Source of the DNA: an uncultured Erysipelotrichaceae bacterium
GTDB taxonomy: Bacteria > Bacillota_I > Bacilli_A > RF39 > UBA660
DNA: 46,987 nucleotides
Assembly (NCBI GenBank): GCA_902767375.1
Contig: CACXGV010000048.1
Location: 1-46,987, forward strand
Reading direction: 5' to 3'
Shown here: positions 46,773 through 46,987 of the stretch, one piece after another
Position numbering within the stretch: the stretch's first letter is position 1
Layout: the number at the start of each line of letters is the position of its first letter
Notes under the pieces: generated by a model
Told to the model about the DNA's origin: nothing
Seen by the model: only the letters and a program-made list of their open reading frames with translations
The model's database searches: none
Position numbers and translations under genes: made by a program

Positions 46773-46825
46773 TTGTAGAGGTAAAGAAATACCTCTGGTG
46801 CGTTAGTAATAGTTAGGAGGTAAAA

Positions 46826-46882
46826 ATGATATACTTAAGAATTTTAAGAACTATAATCAAAATATTAAGTTTTATTATATAG
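46826..46882 (+). CDS. Putative 18-aa amphipathic small protein MIYLRILRTIIKILSFII
   Basis: Perfect SD AGGAGG at normal spacing; polar residues R5, R8, T9, K12, S15 fall on one helix face. Confidence 0.55.
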   Translation: MIYLRILRTIIKILSFII

Positions 46883-46928
46883 TAATAAATAAGATATTAA
46901 ACTAATATAATTTATTAATGGAGGATTT

Positions 46929-46987
46929 ATGATTAATAAACAAAAATTATGGTTTTTAACGTTATTCAGTTTAATATTAGTACTTGC
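46929..46987 (+). CDS. spoIIIAH: SpoIIIAH-like protein, 5' end only (truncated by the window)
   Basis: SD GGAGG; MINKQKLWFLTLFSLILVL resembles the SpoIIIAH N-terminal anchor (KKQTVWLLTMLSLVVVL). Confidence 0.7.
   Translation, partial: MINKQKLWFLTLFSLILVL

Noticed and set aside
45860-46791. Invertible (phase-variable) segment bounded by the two inverted promoter copies
   Set aside because: No recombinase is nearby, and inversion would only exchange equivalent promoter halves. A shared regulon explains the repeat better.
46777-46812. preQ1-I riboswitch (AGAGG...CCTCT stem)
   Set aside because: The loop lacks the conserved UUC/C residues, there is no A-rich 3' tail, and no queuosine gene follows.
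1-46987. CRISPR array, IS element or prophage
   Set aside because: I saw no regularly spaced repeat-spacer units, transposase, integrase or phage structural genes.

Overview
A 47-kb, very AT-rich chromosomal segment of a low-GC monoderm Firmicute (genetic code 11; ftsW and PBP1A present). Gene content resembles reduced-genome uncultured gut Bacilli such as RF39, but that assignment is inference. Most genes lie on the minus strand. The backbone is housekeeping with Bacillus-like synteny: lon (partial), mutS, ylbL/ylbJ, ftsW, tRNA-His, spoIVB, xseAB-nusB, pdp, rimM-trmD-rplS, der, ysxC, recU-ponA, cca-dnaD-nth. Three accessory systems stand out. (1) A tandem array of three 695-784 aa type IV prepilin-like proteins with Ig-like stalks and Cys-rich thrombospondin type-1-like repeats. 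They vary in repeat number and tip domain, and each has its own copied terminator-promoter cassette. (2) A C39 peptidase ABC exporter followed by two double-glycine-leader peptides (45 and 49 aa) that the ORF track missed, with no adjacent immunity gene. Its promoter is a sigma-H-like bipartite motif that recurs almost identically ahead of an unannotated 18-aa amphipathic ORF and a solo spoIIIAH-like gene. (3) A Tad pilus operon lacking flp, cpaB and a prepilin peptidase. No CRISPR array, transposase, integrase or rRNA was seen. All calls come from reading motifs by eye; no database searches were run.
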